DNA of 64,000 nt. Source: an uncultured Planctomycetota bacterium (lineage in GTDB: Bacteria; Planctomycetota; Planctomycetia; Isosphaerales; Isosphaeraceae). The first letter of the stretch is position 1. The number at the start of each line of letters is the position of its first letter. Under the pieces are notes generated by a model. The model saw nothing but the letters and a program-made list of their open reading frames with translations. It did no database searches and was not told the DNA's origin. Shown here piece after piece: positions 23,887 to 36,300 of the stretch. Location: contig CAWJTV010000011.1 in assembly GCA_963845755.1 (NCBI GenBank), positions 544,001 to 608,000 on the forward strand, in the 5' to 3' direction. The translations under genes were made by a program, and so were the position numbers.

Positions 23887-24497
23887 TCACAGCCCATTCG
23901 GTCCAACCGTCGCTTGCTGGGCTTCCTCCGCCGGCCCGCTCGGCGGCAGGATCTCGCGCAGCACGCATCGGAAGCCAGGAATCACGTCCTCGCCCAGCAG
24001 CTCGTCGTCCTCGAACAGGCGGCTGACCGAGCCGTCGCGGCGGTTGACGATCGCCGTGCGCGCGCCGGGATAGATCACCCAGATGATGGGCACACCCGCC
24101 TTGCGGTAGTCCGTTAACTTTTCCTCGACATCCTCGGCCAGATCATTGGGCGAAACGACTTCAACGGCCAGGTCGGGGGGGAACTTGGCCCACCCCTTCG
24201 GGAGCTTGCCGCCGGGGAGGTGCTCTTTGCGGATGAATGAGACGTCGGGCTTGCGGAGCCGGTTGGGATCATGGGGGAAGCACTGGTAGCCAGTATCGGC
24301 CGGCAACGCCCGCCCAAGTCCGTGCTGCTTGCAATGCGGTACGAGGAGAGCGAGTAGGTCTCCCCCGACTCCGCTGGATTCCAGTCCCCTCTTGCATCCA
24401 GTAGTTCCCCGTGGACCAACTCGTAGTCCACCCCATCAGGCATGGCGAGCAAGTCCTCCGGCGTGTAGCGGGACTCGGTCGCAATCGCCGTGCTCAT
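23887..24497 (-). CDS. Uma2 family endonuclease (frameshifted in the 5' half)
   Basis: RYTPEDLLAMPDGVDYELVHGEL..RKPDVSFI..PPDLAVEVVSPND..DYRKAGVPIIWVIYP. Confidence 0.85.
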
Positions 24498-24729
24498 GAT
24501 CCACCTCCCAATCGATGACGTGAAAGGCGCTGTCGATCTCCCGAATTGTACCACCTGTCCGAAACCCTCGCGAGACCGGCCGAAACCATGTCAACCGACC
24601 CGATCACGGACGCGCGAGACCCGTCGGTCCAGAGCCCCCTGACAACCGTCCGATCTTTCGGATAGAATGTCGCGGTGCCGTCGGCGAACGAAGGACATCG
24701 CGGGAATCATCGTGTGGGGAATCCTATCC

Positions 24730-26611
24730 ATGGCACTACGGGTCGGGCCGGGGCCGGTGTTCGTTTACGAATCGCTGATCCTGGCGCGGCGGCGGCAGGT
24801 TTATGCGGGCCGGGCCCTGTTCGTCGTCCTGATGTTCCTCGGCCTGGCGGCGGCCTGGTGGAACACGGGTGTCGAATCGTTCGCGAGCACGGGGCCCGGT
24901 ACTGCGGCGCTGTTCCGGGTTCTCGCGCGCGTCGGCGAACGGTTCTTCTACAACCTGGCCGGCCTCCAGCTCGCGCTGGTGCTGCTGGCGGCGCCGGCGG
25001 CGACGGCCGGGGCGATCTGCCACGACCGCGCGGGGGATCTTCGAGCAGCTCGCCATGACCGATCTCTCCAGCGCCGAGATTGTGCTCGGCAAGCTCGGCT
25101 CGCGGTTGGCTCCGATCCTGGGACTGCTGGTCTGCGCCTTGCCGGTGACGGCGCTCGCCGCGTTGCTCGGTGGGATCGATCCGCAGGCGTTGTTCAGCCT
25201 GTTCGCCGTCTCGGTGGCCATCGCGGTCCTCGGGTGCTCGCTGGCGCTGGCGATCTCGTTGCGGGCCGCGAAGACGCATGAGGTGATCATCGCGGTGCTG
25301 GCCCTCTGGATCCTCTGGCTGCTAAGCCTACCGATCTGGTCGGGCGCGTCGAGCATCAGCGGAGTCGTGCCGCCGCCCGACTGGTTCAGGAAGGCCAATC
25401 CGGTGCTGGTGGTCTATGCGCCCTATGCCTGGCCGGGATATGTGACTCCATCCGAAGTCGCCATCTTCGTGACGGCGATGTTTCTGCTGTCGGCCGCACT
25501 GGTCGCACGGACGATCGCCACCGTGCGTCGGAGCGTGCTCGAGCCGGCCCGGAGGGCCAGCGGTCGCGCGTTCCTCGACCGCCTGAGCTTCGCGCGGTGG
25601 CTGCCGGGGCCGTCGCTCGACGGCAATCCCGTCCTCTGGCGCGAGTGGCATCGCAACCGACCGTCGCGATTGATGCGGATCATCTGGGTGATCTATGTCA
25701 TCAGCTCGGTCGCCGGACTGGGGATCGGGATTCATGAAGCGATCGTCTACGGCGTCGGCCGGGCCGCCGGCTCCTTCACGCTCGTGATTGCACTGCACCT
25801 GCAATTCCTCTTCGGCCTGATGATCGTGAGCGTCCAGGCGCCGACCTCGCTGGCCGAGGAGCGGGTACGGGGCAGCCTGGACGTCCTCTTGACGACGCCG
25901 CTGTCCACGCGATCGATCCTCTGGGGCAAGTGGCTGGGGAGCTATCGGGTCGTCCTCGGGCTGGCGCTACTCCCCGCCGTGGGCTCCGCGATCGTGGCTG
26001 TCATGGCATCTCCATCGCGCGGGATGGGCCTCGTCGATCGCATCGTGGCGCCCGGCCTGGTCGTCGGCGAGATGCTCGCCTACGGGGCGGCGATCACCAG
26101 CATGGGCCTGGCGCTGGCGACCTGGACGCGTCGGCTCGGCCGCGCGATCGCCATCAACGTGGTCATCTTCGCCCTGATGACGATCGGCTGGCTGTTCTTC
26201 ATCGATTACGTCGTCTGGCAGCCGCTCGTGAGATGGCTGACGTTGAGAGGCGTTACCGACACGCGCTGGCTCGTGGAAGGTATGATGGTCATCAGCCCCT
26301 TCTGGGCGCCGATCGGGACGCTGAACTGGCTCCTGGAGAACCGTGGGGGTCCTGCGTGGAAGTTCTGGCTGCTCGCGGCGGCGTGGTGCGCGCTGGCCTG
26401 GGCGTTTGCCGCGGCGATGTTCTGGGCGACGCTCAGGACGTTCGACCGCTGCCTGGGGCGGATGCCGGAGACGAGCGTCCCCGAGGACGGCGATCCCGCA
26501 GTCCGATTCGGCGGTCCCGAATCGGGCGATCTCGACCTTGTGGTTTCGTCGGCCGCCCCATCGCCTCGCCTTGCCGGTGCGGCCGATGGGCGTCAGTATG
26601 GCGATCGGTGA
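24730..26611 (+). CDS. ABC-2-type permease-like membrane protein (frameshift near 25030)
   Basis: GPVFVYE..ARR, TDLSSAEIVLGKL, GNPVLWREW and EERVRGSLDVLLTTPLS..ILWGK; multiple TM segments. Confidence 0.85.
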
Positions 26612-26647
26612 CACCGAGACGCCACGGGCCGAAACGCGATCGATCGT

Positions 26648-27262
26648 CTACCCTGGTCCGTTCGGCGCGGCTGGCGCGGATGAGACGGGATCGGCCGGCT
26701 TGCGTGGCGGGAGGATCTCCCGCACAAGGCAGCGGAAGCCGGGAATGACATCCTCGCCGGAGAGTTCGTCATCCTCGCCCAGTTCGCTCGGTGGGCCGTC
26801 GCGGCGGAGGACTTTGACCTTGCGCTGCTTGGGATAGATCACCCAGATCAGGGGCACGCGAACTTTTCGATAGTCATCCAGCTTTTCCTCGAGTTCCTCA
26901 ACCCGATCGTTGGGTGAGACGACCTCGACCGCGAGGTCCGGCGGAATCCTGACCCAGCCCACTGGCTCGACATCTCCAGGCAAATGGCCGCGGCGCACGA
27001 ACGAGACATCCGGCTTGCGGACGAGGCCGGGATCGTGGGGAAAGCACTGAAAGCCATTGTCGGCCGGCCAGGCCATTCCCAGGCCGTGCTCTGCACAGAA
27101 CTGGCCGAGACGCAAGAAGAGGCGCCCTCCGACTCCGCTGGATTCGGCTCCCATGTTCCTCTCCACCAGTTGTCCGCGAACCAGCTCGTAGCTCTTGCCG
27201 TCGGGCAGGGCGAGCAAGTCCTCGGGCGTGTAGCGGGTCTTGGTCGCGACGGCCGTGCTCAT
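26648..27262 (-). CDS. Uma2 family endonuclease
   Basis: YELVRGQLVE, RKPDVSFV and PDLAVEVVSPND; intact; close paralog of 23887-24497. Confidence 0.92.
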   Translation of the reverse strand: MSTAVATKTRYTPEDLLALPDGKSYELVRGQLVERNMGAESSGVGGRLFLRLGQFCAEHGLGMAWPADNGFQCFPHDPGLVRKPDVSFVRRGHLPGDVEPVGWVRIPPDLAVEVVSPNDRVEELEEKLDDYRKVRVPLIWVIYPKQRKVKVLRRDGPPSELGEDDELSGEDVIPGFRCLVREILPPRKPADPVSSAPAAPNGPG

Positions 27263-27504
27263 GGTCGGTCTCCCGATCGATGAAGCGGATCGTGGGTCGG
27301 CTCAATACCGTCGATCTCGAAGATCGACGGATCGATCACCTCCGCTTCCGACGAAGTCCGTAGACGATCGTAAACCTCGGCTTTGATGATCAGGTCAGTG
27401 CGATGCGTTTCGGGATCGAGGATCGGGACAGGCACATCGTCAGCCTCGTCGACCGCGCAGTCGGAGCTCGTGAGTGAAGATGGCCATGATCTCTGGATAC
27501 CCAT
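27259..27504 (-). CDS. Small hypothetical protein (antitoxin-like; probably frameshifted near its start)
   Basis: AVDEADDVPVPILDPETHRTDLIIKAEVYDRL; its stop overlaps the Uma2 start. Confidence 0.45.
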   Translation of the reverse strand: MGIQRSWPSSLTSSDCAVDEADDVPVPILDPETHRTDLIIKAEVYDRLRTSSEAEVIDPSIFEIDGIEPTHDPLHRSGDRP

Positions 27505-27603
27505 TCAGCCGGTTGTTTCCATAACGAAGATTTTACAATCGGTGCGATCGCCACGCGAGACGAGTCCCGCTCCGGCTCGTTCCGGATTTGCGCCGGGGTG
27601 CCG

Positions 27604-27697
27604 TCGTCAACCGCCACATCGCCTCGCCTTGCCGGTGCGGCCGATGGCTGTCAGAATGGCGATCGGTGACACCGAGACGCCCCGGACCGAAACGTGA
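27604..27697 (+). repeat. Direct repeat of the permease 3' end and downstream bases (copy of 26546-26639)
   Basis: Shared CATCGCCTCGCCTTGCCGGTGCGGCCGATGG..GTCAG.ATGGCGATCGGTGACACCGAGACGCC.CGG.CCGAAACG, including the stop codon. Confidence 0.92.
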
Positions 27698-27708
27698 GGA
27701 GTCCCTCC

Positions 27709-28372
27709 ATGGCCCAGGCGACGATCGAAGCTCCAAAGAACCGGACGCTGGCCGATCTTGTGAAGCGGCTTGGGAATATCCCGCTCGACCGGATCCGCAG
27801 CCAGCCTCCGCCCGGAACCGCCACGGAGAAAGACGTCATCGAGGTCGAACGGCGTGAGAACCGGAGCTGCGAATTAGTCGAACGGCACCTTGGTGGAGAA
27901 GCCCTTGGGTACGAAGGAAGGTTACATGGGCTGGCGGCTTGGCCACCTCCTGGGCACGTATCTCGATCAGAACGACATCGGAGTCGGTCTGGGCGCCGAC
28001 AGCATGATGCGGATCGCGCCGGGTCTGGTACGGATCCCCGACTTGTCGTTCGTCACGTGGGACAAGCTTCCGGACCGGATGCTCCCCGAGGAGCCGGTCG
28101 CCGGCTTGGTCCCCGACCTCGCCGTCGAGATCCTCAGCGAGGGCAACACCCCGGCCGAGATGAAGCGCAAGGTCGGCGAATACTTCAACGCTGGAGTCCG
28201 ACTCGTCTGGCTGATCGATCCCAGGAGGCGTGCGGCGCGGGTTTACACGGCTCCCAACCGATCGGTCGCGATCCGCGAGGACGAGTCGCTCGATGGCGGC
28301 GACGTCCTGCCGGGTTTCACGGTTTCCCTCGCCGAGTTGTTGCGACACGTCCCGCATCCGCGGAAGAAGTGA
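27709..28372 (+). CDS. Uma2 family endonuclease (frameshift near 27885)
   Basis: [65 protein letters not shown]. Confidence 0.88.
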
Positions 28373-28586
28373 CCGGCGTGCGTTCCGCCGGTTCGCAATC
28401 CTCGGCGGTCATCCGCGCTTGTCGGGAGACTTGTGCTATCTCGATAATAGAGGGATGGTTCGTCCGGTGAGGGCGTGTCCAGCCCATTCGGTCGCGGAGC
28501 GGCCCGAATCGAACTGGTTCGACCTGAGCGTCGAGCTGGGAGATTGCGCGCCGGACGAAGGGAGCAACGAGGGGAGAGTTCGAACC

Positions 28587-29903
28587 GTGAAGATTGCAGT
28601 CGTCGGGACGGGATACGTGGGGCTGGTGCAGGGGACCTGCCTGGCCGAGAGCGGCAACGACGTGGTGTGCGTCGACAAGATCGAGGCCAAGATCGAAGGC
28701 TTGAAGAACGGGCGGGTGCCGATCTACGAGCCGGGGCTGGGCGAGCTGGTCCACCGCAACATGCGCGACGGCCGGTTGACGTTCACGACCGACCTGGCCG
28801 CGGGGATCGCCGAGGCCGAGATCGTCTTCATCGCCGTGGGGACGCCGCAGGGCACGCACGGCGGCGCCGACCTGACCGGCGTCTGGGAGGTCGGCCGCCA
28901 GATCGCCTCGAACCTCCACTCCTCCAAGGTCATCGTGGTCAAGAGCACAGTCCCGGTCGGGACCAACGCCGAGCTGGGGCGGCGGATGGCCGAGGTCACC
29001 CAGGTCCCCTTCGACGTCGCCAGCAACCCCGAGTTCCTCAAGGAAGGTGCCGCGATCGACGACTTCAACAAGCCGGACCGCGTCGTCGTCGGCGTGCGGC
29101 GCGACGCGGTCGCCGATCGGCTGCACGAGCTCTATGCCCCGTTCCTCCGCACCGACCGGCCGTTCTTGATCATGACGCCCGAGAGCGCCGAGATGACCAA
29201 GTACGTCGCCAACTGCCTGCTGGCCACCAAGATCAGCTTCATCAACGAGATGGCCAACCTCTGCGAGGTCTACGGGGCCGATGTCAACGACGTGCGGCGC
29301 GGGATCGGCCACGACCAGCGGATCGGATTCCACTTCCTCTTCCCCGGCGTCGGCTACGGCGGCAGTTGCTTCCCCAAGGACATCCGCGCCGTGATCCACA
29401 TGGCCCAGTCGATGGGCCTGCCCGCGCGGATGATGGAGGCCGTCGACGAGGTCAACGAGGCCCAGAAGGATGTGCTCTTCCGCAAGATCCACCGGCACTT
29501 CGACGGCGCGCTCGAGGACAAGACCATCGCCGTCTGGGGCCTGGCGTTCAAGCCGCGCACCGACGACATCCGCGAGGCGCCCGCGATGGTCCTGATCGAG
29601 TCGCTCATCGCCGCCGGCGCGCAGCTCCGCCTGCACGACCCCGAGGCGCTGGCCAACGCCCGCCAGATCTACGGCGATCGGCTCGTCTACTGCGACCGCC
29701 CCTATGGCGCGCTCGAGCAGGCCGACGCCCTGGCCGTCGTCACCGAGTGGAACGAATTCCGCAGCCCGGACTTCGAGGTCATGCGCCGGCTGATGCGGCA
29801 GCCGGTCGTCTTCGACGGCCGCAATGTCTATGACCCCGCGCGCATGGCCGCACTGGGGTTCACCTATCACGGCGTGGGCCGGGCCTCGACCATCCAGGGA
29901 TGA
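28587..29903 (+). CDS. ugd: UDP-glucose 6-dehydrogenase
   Basis: [40 protein letters not shown] and [15 protein letters not shown]. Confidence 0.96.
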   Translation: MKIAVVGTGYVGLVQGTCLAESGNDVVCVDKIEAKIEGLKNGRVPIYEPGLGELVHRNMRDGRLTFTTDLAAGIAEAEIVFIAVGTPQGTHGGADLTGVWEVGRQIASNLHSSKVIVVKSTVPVGTNAELGRRMAEVTQVPFDVASNPEFLKEGAAIDDFNKPDRVVVGVRRDAVADRLHELYAPFLRTDRPFLIMTPESAEMTKYVANCLLATKISFINEMANLCEVYGADVNDVRRGIGHDQRIGFHFLFPGVGYGGSCFPKDIRAVIHMAQSMGLPARMMEAVDEVNEAQKDVLFRKIHRHFDGALEDKTIAVWGLAFKPRTDDIREAPAMVLIESLIAAGAQLRLHDPEALANARQIYGDRLVYCDRPYGALEQADALAVVTEWNEFRSPDFEVMRRLMRQPVVFDGRNVYDPARMAALGFTYHGVGRASTIQG

Positions 29904-29928
29904 CGATGCAGCTCGAGCGAGCGAGCCC

Positions 29929-31594
29929 TCACGCCGCGCGCACCCGGCTGCCCACGACCTGGGCGGCCAGGGGCGCCAGCGCGCCGGCGACCAGCACAAC
30001 CGGGATCATCAACAGACCGGTCAGCCGCAGATTCAAGCCGATAAACAGTCCGGGCAAGATCATCGCGTAGAGGATCAAGAGCGGGACGGCGCCCAGCCAC
30101 GATGCGAGCAGAGCGACCGTCCCGCACCGAGACACCAGGAACGCCACGGCCTGGCCGGCCAGGATTCCGAGTAAGGGCCAGAGGAACGCGTAGCTCGCGC
30201 CGGGCAGCCAGAGCGAGGTCGCCACGGTCACCGCCAGCCACCAGCCCAGGATGCCCAGGCCGAGGCCCTCCCACGACCCCCGCCGGCTCGCCCGGACGAA
30301 GACCGCCCCCGCCACCAGCACCGCCACCATCGAGAAGATCGGCAGGAGCGGGAATTCGAGCCCGATAAAGGGCACACCGAGGTTTAGCAGGATGTCGCGC
30401 ACGACGAACCAGAAAAGGTCGGCCGCAAGAATCGCCGCGACCAGGGACAGGAGGAAGGCCCCGAACCCGATCACGATTTCCACGATTCGGACACGTCCCC
30501 GCGCCAGGCCCAGCGCAATCACGACCAGGTACGCCAGCACGGCGATCCCCATCAGGGGGATCACCCACCTCATGGGATAGATCGCCACAAATCGCTGGAG
30601 CACCGAGAGGTAAACGACATCGTCACGACGGACGTCGTCGAGGTCGAGCCGGACCAGGTGCCGGGCCATCTCCAGCAGGTTCTCACCTTGATGCTGGAGC
30701 GCGCGCACGTCGAGATTCGCGGGCGTGTCTTCGGGCGAATGATAGGAATACAGCCCATCAATGAACGCGAAATTCAGTCCCGGCATGCCGTGTTTCTTGT
30801 AGATCGTGAAATCGGTATCGTTGGGCATGATCCGATAGACGGCGCCGGTCAGCGAGGTCGCCATGGGATGAGGGAGCGCCTGCGCGAGCTGCTCGATCAG
30901 CCAGCCGTTGCCCTCGCTGGTCTCGAACATGTACGACGGGCCGGAATTCCCCCGGGCGTCGAAATTCATCGCGACGCCGACGTCCTTGGCCCAGGGATGC
31001 TCCGCGGCGAAGACGTCGGCCCCGAGCAGGCCGGCTTCCTCGCCGTCGGTAAGGAGGGCGATCACGTCGCGCTCGGGCGGAGGGCCGGCCTTCAGCGCGC
31101 GGAGGGATTCCAGGATCGCCGCGACGCCCGAGGCATCATCGGCGGCTCCCGGGCCGCTGATGCGCGAGTCATAGTGGGCCGAGAGCAACAGCGCCTTCTT
31201 CCCGGCCGGCCCCGTACCGCGCCATCGGGCGACGATGTTCCGCACGTCGCGCCGGGACGGAGCCGATTTCGACTCGGGACCGAGTCGGGCGGGCATCGCG
31301 CGGCTGCTGGATCTCCGGCTCGAAGCCCAGCGCCTTCAGCTCGGCCATGATGTAGGCGCGCACCGGCTCCGCCGCGTCCGAGCCGAGTGGGTGCGGCTTC
31401 TGGGCGATCGCCTCGACGTGCTTCATGGCTCCCATCGCGGAGAAGATATCCGTCGCTTTTGCGGCCGACACCGCCGCAGGCGGCTGCTGGGCGGAGAGCG
31501 CGATCCCGCACACAACCGCCACGAAGACGACGGTTGCGGTCGCGGGCAGGAAACGCCGGGTCGCGGACAGCCCGTCCGGAGTGTTGCTCGTCAC
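29929..31594 (-). CDS. M28 family membrane peptidase (ERMP1-like; frameshift near 31290)
   Basis: LSAHYDS..PGAADDASGV, TDGEEAGLLGA, NFDARG, PNDTDF and YHSPEDT, followed by many TM helices. Confidence 0.88.
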
Positions 31595-31634
31595 GGCGGC
31601 GGCCTCACGGTTCTGGAGTTTCGATACGCCTGCC

Positions 31635-31883
31635 CTAGGCGGACTGCGCCGGCGACGACCCGGCCGGCTCCACCCGCAGCACATCCGCCAGGGGGACGGT
31701 GGTCATCCGGTCGAACATCGGTTCCGGATCGCCGCGCCGCGCCAGGCCGACGGCCACCGTGGTCCGGCCGATCACGGCCAGCTCCGGATGGCGGACTTCG
31801 AACGTCCGGCCATCGGTCAAGATGAGGCGGAACGGCCGGAAGGGCCGTTTGCGAAGGTGGTCTCGAAGCTCTTCCGGTCGCAT
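31635..31883 (-). CDS. Conserved small hypothetical protein
   Basis: MRPEELRDHLRKRPFRPFRLILTDGRTFEVRHPE, a pattern I recall from Planctomycete small proteins; GGAG lies upstream. Confidence 0.75.
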   Translation of the reverse strand: MRPEELRDHLRKRPFRPFRLILTDGRTFEVRHPELAVIGRTTVAVGLARRGDPEPMFDRMTTVPLADVLRVEPAGSSPAQSA

Positions 31884-31991
31884 GGGCGAGGGTCTCCAGG
31901 GCGTTGATGGTCGGGGACATTGTACGACAACGCCCGCCGGGCGCCCATCGGAGACGCGCGGTGCCTTCGCGCTCGGAGGTCGATCGGCCGG

Positions 31992-33182
31992 TCACTCGCT
32001 AGCCCCGGCCGCGAGCCGGGCCTCGGCGCGCCAGGCGTCGGCCAGCCGGGCGAGGCCGGCGTGGCTGGCCAGGTCGGCGAGGTCGCGCAGGGAGACCGGG
32101 TCGTCGCGATGGGTGAGGGCGACGTCGAGGCGCGGCCCCAGCGTCAGGGGGTCGAGCACCTCGCGGATGCGGCCGATGGTCACGGCGGCCTGGAGGGCCT
32201 CGGCATCGCGGCGGAGGATCCGCAGGGAACGGGCGATGCACGACCACGATCGCCAGTCCTGGGGCAGCACGGCCACGGCCTTGCGGCAGGCGTCGACCGC
32301 CCGATCCGGCCGGCGATTGTATTCCAGGTCCCAGCGGCCGCGGAGCCGCCAGTATCGGGCGTCGCGCGCCGATTCGGGGCCAGGCCAGCCGTCGAGCACA
32401 GCCCGGCCGCGATCGGGCTCTCCGGCGTCGGCCAGGGCGGTTGCCAGCGCCTCGCGCGCGCCGAGGTGCTCGGGATGGGCCGACAGGATCGCCTCGAGCT
32501 CGGCCAGTCGCGTGTCGCGATCGGGATCGGCCGCGCGCGGTTGCGCCGCGATCCGCTGCGACAACGCCACGCGGGCGTCGATATCGCCGGCATCGGCGTC
32601 GATCCAGCGCCGCAATATCGTCCGGGCCCGTTCATCGGTCAAATCGGCGAGCAGGGCCAGGGTCAACTGGCCCAGCAATTCGCGGCGGGACTCGGATGAG
32701 ACCCGGTCATACCCCGCCCAGCCCAGCTCCTGGGCCTCGAGCGTCCGGTCCTCGACGCGCAGGATCTCCAGCAAGAGGATCCAGCCCTCGGGTTCGGCCG
32801 GATCGGCGGCGACCGCCCGCCGGAGGCTGCGCTCGGCCTGCGCCGACAGGCTCAGACCCAGGCAGGCCCGCGCCTCAGCCAGGTGGGTCGCGCCCGTCGC
32901 GGCACTCGTGGCGTTGAGCCTACGCCAGGCGCGCAGCGCCGTCACCCAATCGCCGGCATGGGCCGCCGACTCGGCTTCCGCTCGCAACCGTGCGGGCGAT
33001 TCGGGGAGCAACCCTCCGATCACGAGCACCAGGCCGACGCCCGCGACACACAGGGCCGCCAGGATCCACCGCCGGCGCCCTCGGCCGATCGAACGACCCG
33101 CGCCGGGTCGCGACGCGGCCGGGTTCGGAGCGGCGGGGGCCGGGGCTCGGGAACGGGATCGGCCTGCGGGACGTCGGGGCAT
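31992..33182 (-). CDS. Membrane-anchored TPR protein
   Basis: N-terminal TM segment (WILAALCVAGVGLVLVIGG) followed by Ala/Leu-rich TPR-like helices. Start is uncertain. Confidence 0.7.
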   Translation of the reverse strand: MPRRPAGRSRSRAPAPAAPNPAASRPGAGRSIGRGRRRWILAALCVAGVGLVLVIGGLLPESPARLRAEAESAAHAGDWVTALRAWRRLNATSAATGATHLAEARACLGLSLSAQAERSLRRAVAADPAEPEGWILLLEILRVEDRTLEAQELGWAGYDRVSSESRRELLGQLTLALLADLTDERARTILRRWIDADAGDIDARVALSQRIAAQPRAADPDRDTRLAELEAILSAHPEHLGAREALATALADAGEPDRGRAVLDGWPGPESARDARYWRLRGRWDLEYNRRPDRAVDACRKAVAVLPQDWRSWSCIARSLRILRRDAEALQAAVTIGRIREVLDPLTLGPRLDVALTHRDDPVSLRDLADLASHAGLARLADAWRAEARLAAGASE

Positions 33183-33399
33183 CGGTGGATCGTCGTGATG
33201 GATGGCGAGTGGCGGGTGAGAGTCCGTTTCCTCACTGACAACCCTTCGCTCGGGAGCACTCGAGGGACCTCTCCCCAGGAGTCGCGGCGGTCGACCCGCC
33301 CTACAAAACCTTATGTGCCTTGAGCCCTCCGCGCCAAGGGCAGACAATGGACCGGCGCGAGAAACCCGATCGCCTCGAGAAATCCGATCCAACGAGCCG

Positions 33400-36300
33400 A
33401 TGACCATGAAGACCAACGAACATCCTCGAACAGGATCGAGCCGGGAGCCCGTCGTTCGCCGACCGGACTGGGTCGTCCTGATCGCCGCGATGTCTGCCCT
33501 GATCGCTCCGTCGCGCGCCACGGCGGACGACGAGGCTTTCATCATCACGCCGCCCGGCTTCACCCAACCGGGCCAGGCGAAGACAGCGATAGGTGAGAAG
33601 ACCGCCCGGCTCCGGATCACCGTCCGCGACCGCGCCACCGGCCGGCCGACACCCTGCCGGCTCAACGTCGTCGGGCCTGATGGCAACTTCTACCAGCCTG
33701 CGCCCGGTCCGCTCTCGCCCTACAGCCTGACCGGCCAGTGGCCCAGGACCGGCAAGGGGAACCGCGAGGGCAAGGCGCCGATCCGCTACCTCGGCCGGTT
33801 CTTCTACACGAGCGGAGCAATCGAGGTGGCCGTCCCCGCCGGGACCATGCGTATCGAAGTTTGGAAGGGGTTCGAGTATCGGCCCGTGGCAAAGACCATC
33901 GAGGCGGCCATCGGCCAGACAATCCCGGTTGACCTCGCGATCGATCGCACGGCTGCGATGGCACCGAGCGGGTATCACTCGGGCGACCTGCATCTGCACT
34001 TCCCCCGCAAGACCGAGGCCGACGACCGGGTCATCCTCGACCTGCTGGAAGCCGAGGACATCCAATTCGGTTCGATCCTCGCTTACAACGAACCGGCCGG
34101 ACCGTACAACGGCGTGATGGAAGCCATGGACGCGCCCCAGCTCCGCGGGTTGGGGAAAGCCTCGGTCGTCCGTCGCGGCGAAATCGCAATCGCATCGGGA
34201 CAAGAATATCGAAGCTCGACTTATGGTCATCTCAACCTATTCTGGCGCGATGACCTCGTGCTGAAGAGCCAGCAGGTGGATGCCAACAACTGGCCCCTGT
34301 ATGGCATCCTCGGCCGGGAAACCCGGCAGCACGGCGGCTTCGCCATCCACGCGCACGGCGGTTATGCCCAGGCGATCTATGCCGACTTCGTCCAGAAGGA
34401 CGTCAACGCCGTGGAATTGCTCCAGTTCGGCGTCTATCGCGGGATCGAGCTGACGGACTGGTACCGGATCCTCAACATCGGTTATCGATTTCCGTGCGTC
34501 GGCGCGAGCGACTACCCGGCCTGTCGCTACCTGGCCGATTGCCGGACATACGTCGATCTCGGAGCGAAATTCCTCCCCCCCTTACGGAGGAGGGGCCAGG
34601 GGGGATTGAACCCGCCGGAGCCTTCGACGCCGAGCGCCTCTGATCGGCCGACCCGAACAGTACCCCCCCATACCCCCCCTTCGCAAGGAGGGAGAAAAGG
34701 CGCGGGCGGCCGCGAATCACGGCGTGGCCGCAGACAACGCGTTCGCCGCCTGGCTCAAGGCCGCTGTCGAGGGCCGCAGCTTCGTCACCACGGGTCCGCT
34801 GCTGTTGCTCGAGGTGGATGGCGAACGCCCCGGCGGCATCCTCCGCAAGACCGGACCGGGGCCGCATCGCATGAAGGTGAATGTGCGCGCGGTGTGCGAG
34901 GTCGCGCCGATCCAGACCGTGCAGATCATCGTCAATGGCAAGGTCGTGCACGAGCAGGCCGTGCCGGCGGAGCAGGGCAGGGGGGTCTGGATCGACGTCG
35001 AGCAAACCCTCGACCTGAATCGCTCGTCGTGGATCGCGGCGCGGGCGTTCTCGAAGGCCCCCTCCGGGGCGCCCGACTCCGAGGCTCATACCAACCCGGT
35101 GTACGTCACCTTCGACGACAAGGCCCCCTACGACCAGGATTCGCTCGATCACCTGGTGACGCGGATCGACGAGCAGATCGCCGTGCACCGAAAGCGACGG
35201 TTTGATGAGAAGGCCCGCGTGCTCGATTATTTCCAGAAGTCGCGGGACATCCTGCTGAGGATTCGACGGAATGGCGGACTGCCGGCCGGAGGCGTCCCCG
35301 ACGCCTGGATCGCGGATACCACCGAGTCAATCGACGCCAGCCGGCGGAAGATCGCCGACGATCAGCTCGAGCACTTCCTCCAGGCCGAGCCAGCCGTCAC
35401 ACCACAGGATGCTTTGAAGACGTTCGAGACGGTGGATCGATTCCGCATGGAGCTGGTCGCGGCAGAGCCGATCGTGCAGAGCCCCGTCGCCGCGGCCTTC
35501 GATGCCGACGGTCACCTCTACGTCGCCGAGATGCGGGACTATCCCTACAAGCCCAGGGCCGGTAAGACGCCGCTGGGCACGGTGCGACTGCTGCGCGACA
35601 CCGACGGCGACGGCCGGTTCGACCAGAGCACGGTCTTCGCCGACGGCCTGCTCTGGGCGGCCGGAATTGCGCCGTGGAAGGGGGGCGTCTTCGTCACGGC
35701 GCCGCCGGACATCTGGTACCTGAAAGACACCAACGGCGACTTCCGGGCCGATGTGCGGACGAAGGTCTACACGGGATTCGGCACGCAGAATCAGCAGGCG
35801 ATGGTGAACAACCTGGCCTGGGGCCTCGATCACGTCATCTACGGCGCGGCGTCGGGCAATGGCGGAATGATTCGAGTGGCGGACGATCCCAAAGCGCCGG
35901 GGGTCTCGGTCGAGCACAGCGACTTCCGATTCGACCCGGTGAGTGGGGCGTTCGAACTGGTCTCGGGCAACAACCAGTTCGGCAACACGTTCGATGACTG
36001 GGGGAACCGGTTCACGTGCAATGAGTCGCACCCGCTCTCGCAGCCGGTCTTACCGCGCCGGGAGCTGGCGCGGAACCCGTACCTCGCCGTGCCTTCGGCG
36101 GTCCGGGACATCGCCGGGGGCTCGGTGCCGATCTTCCGGATCAGCCCGGTCGAGCGCTGGCGGCAGATCCGTTCGAGTCGACGGATCGCCTATAGCGAGC
36201 GGCCCACGGGATCGGCGGGAGTGAGCCACCACGTCGTCAACGCCGGCGCAGGCGCGACCGTCTATCGCGGCGGCGCCTACCCGGCGGAGTTCTACGGAAA

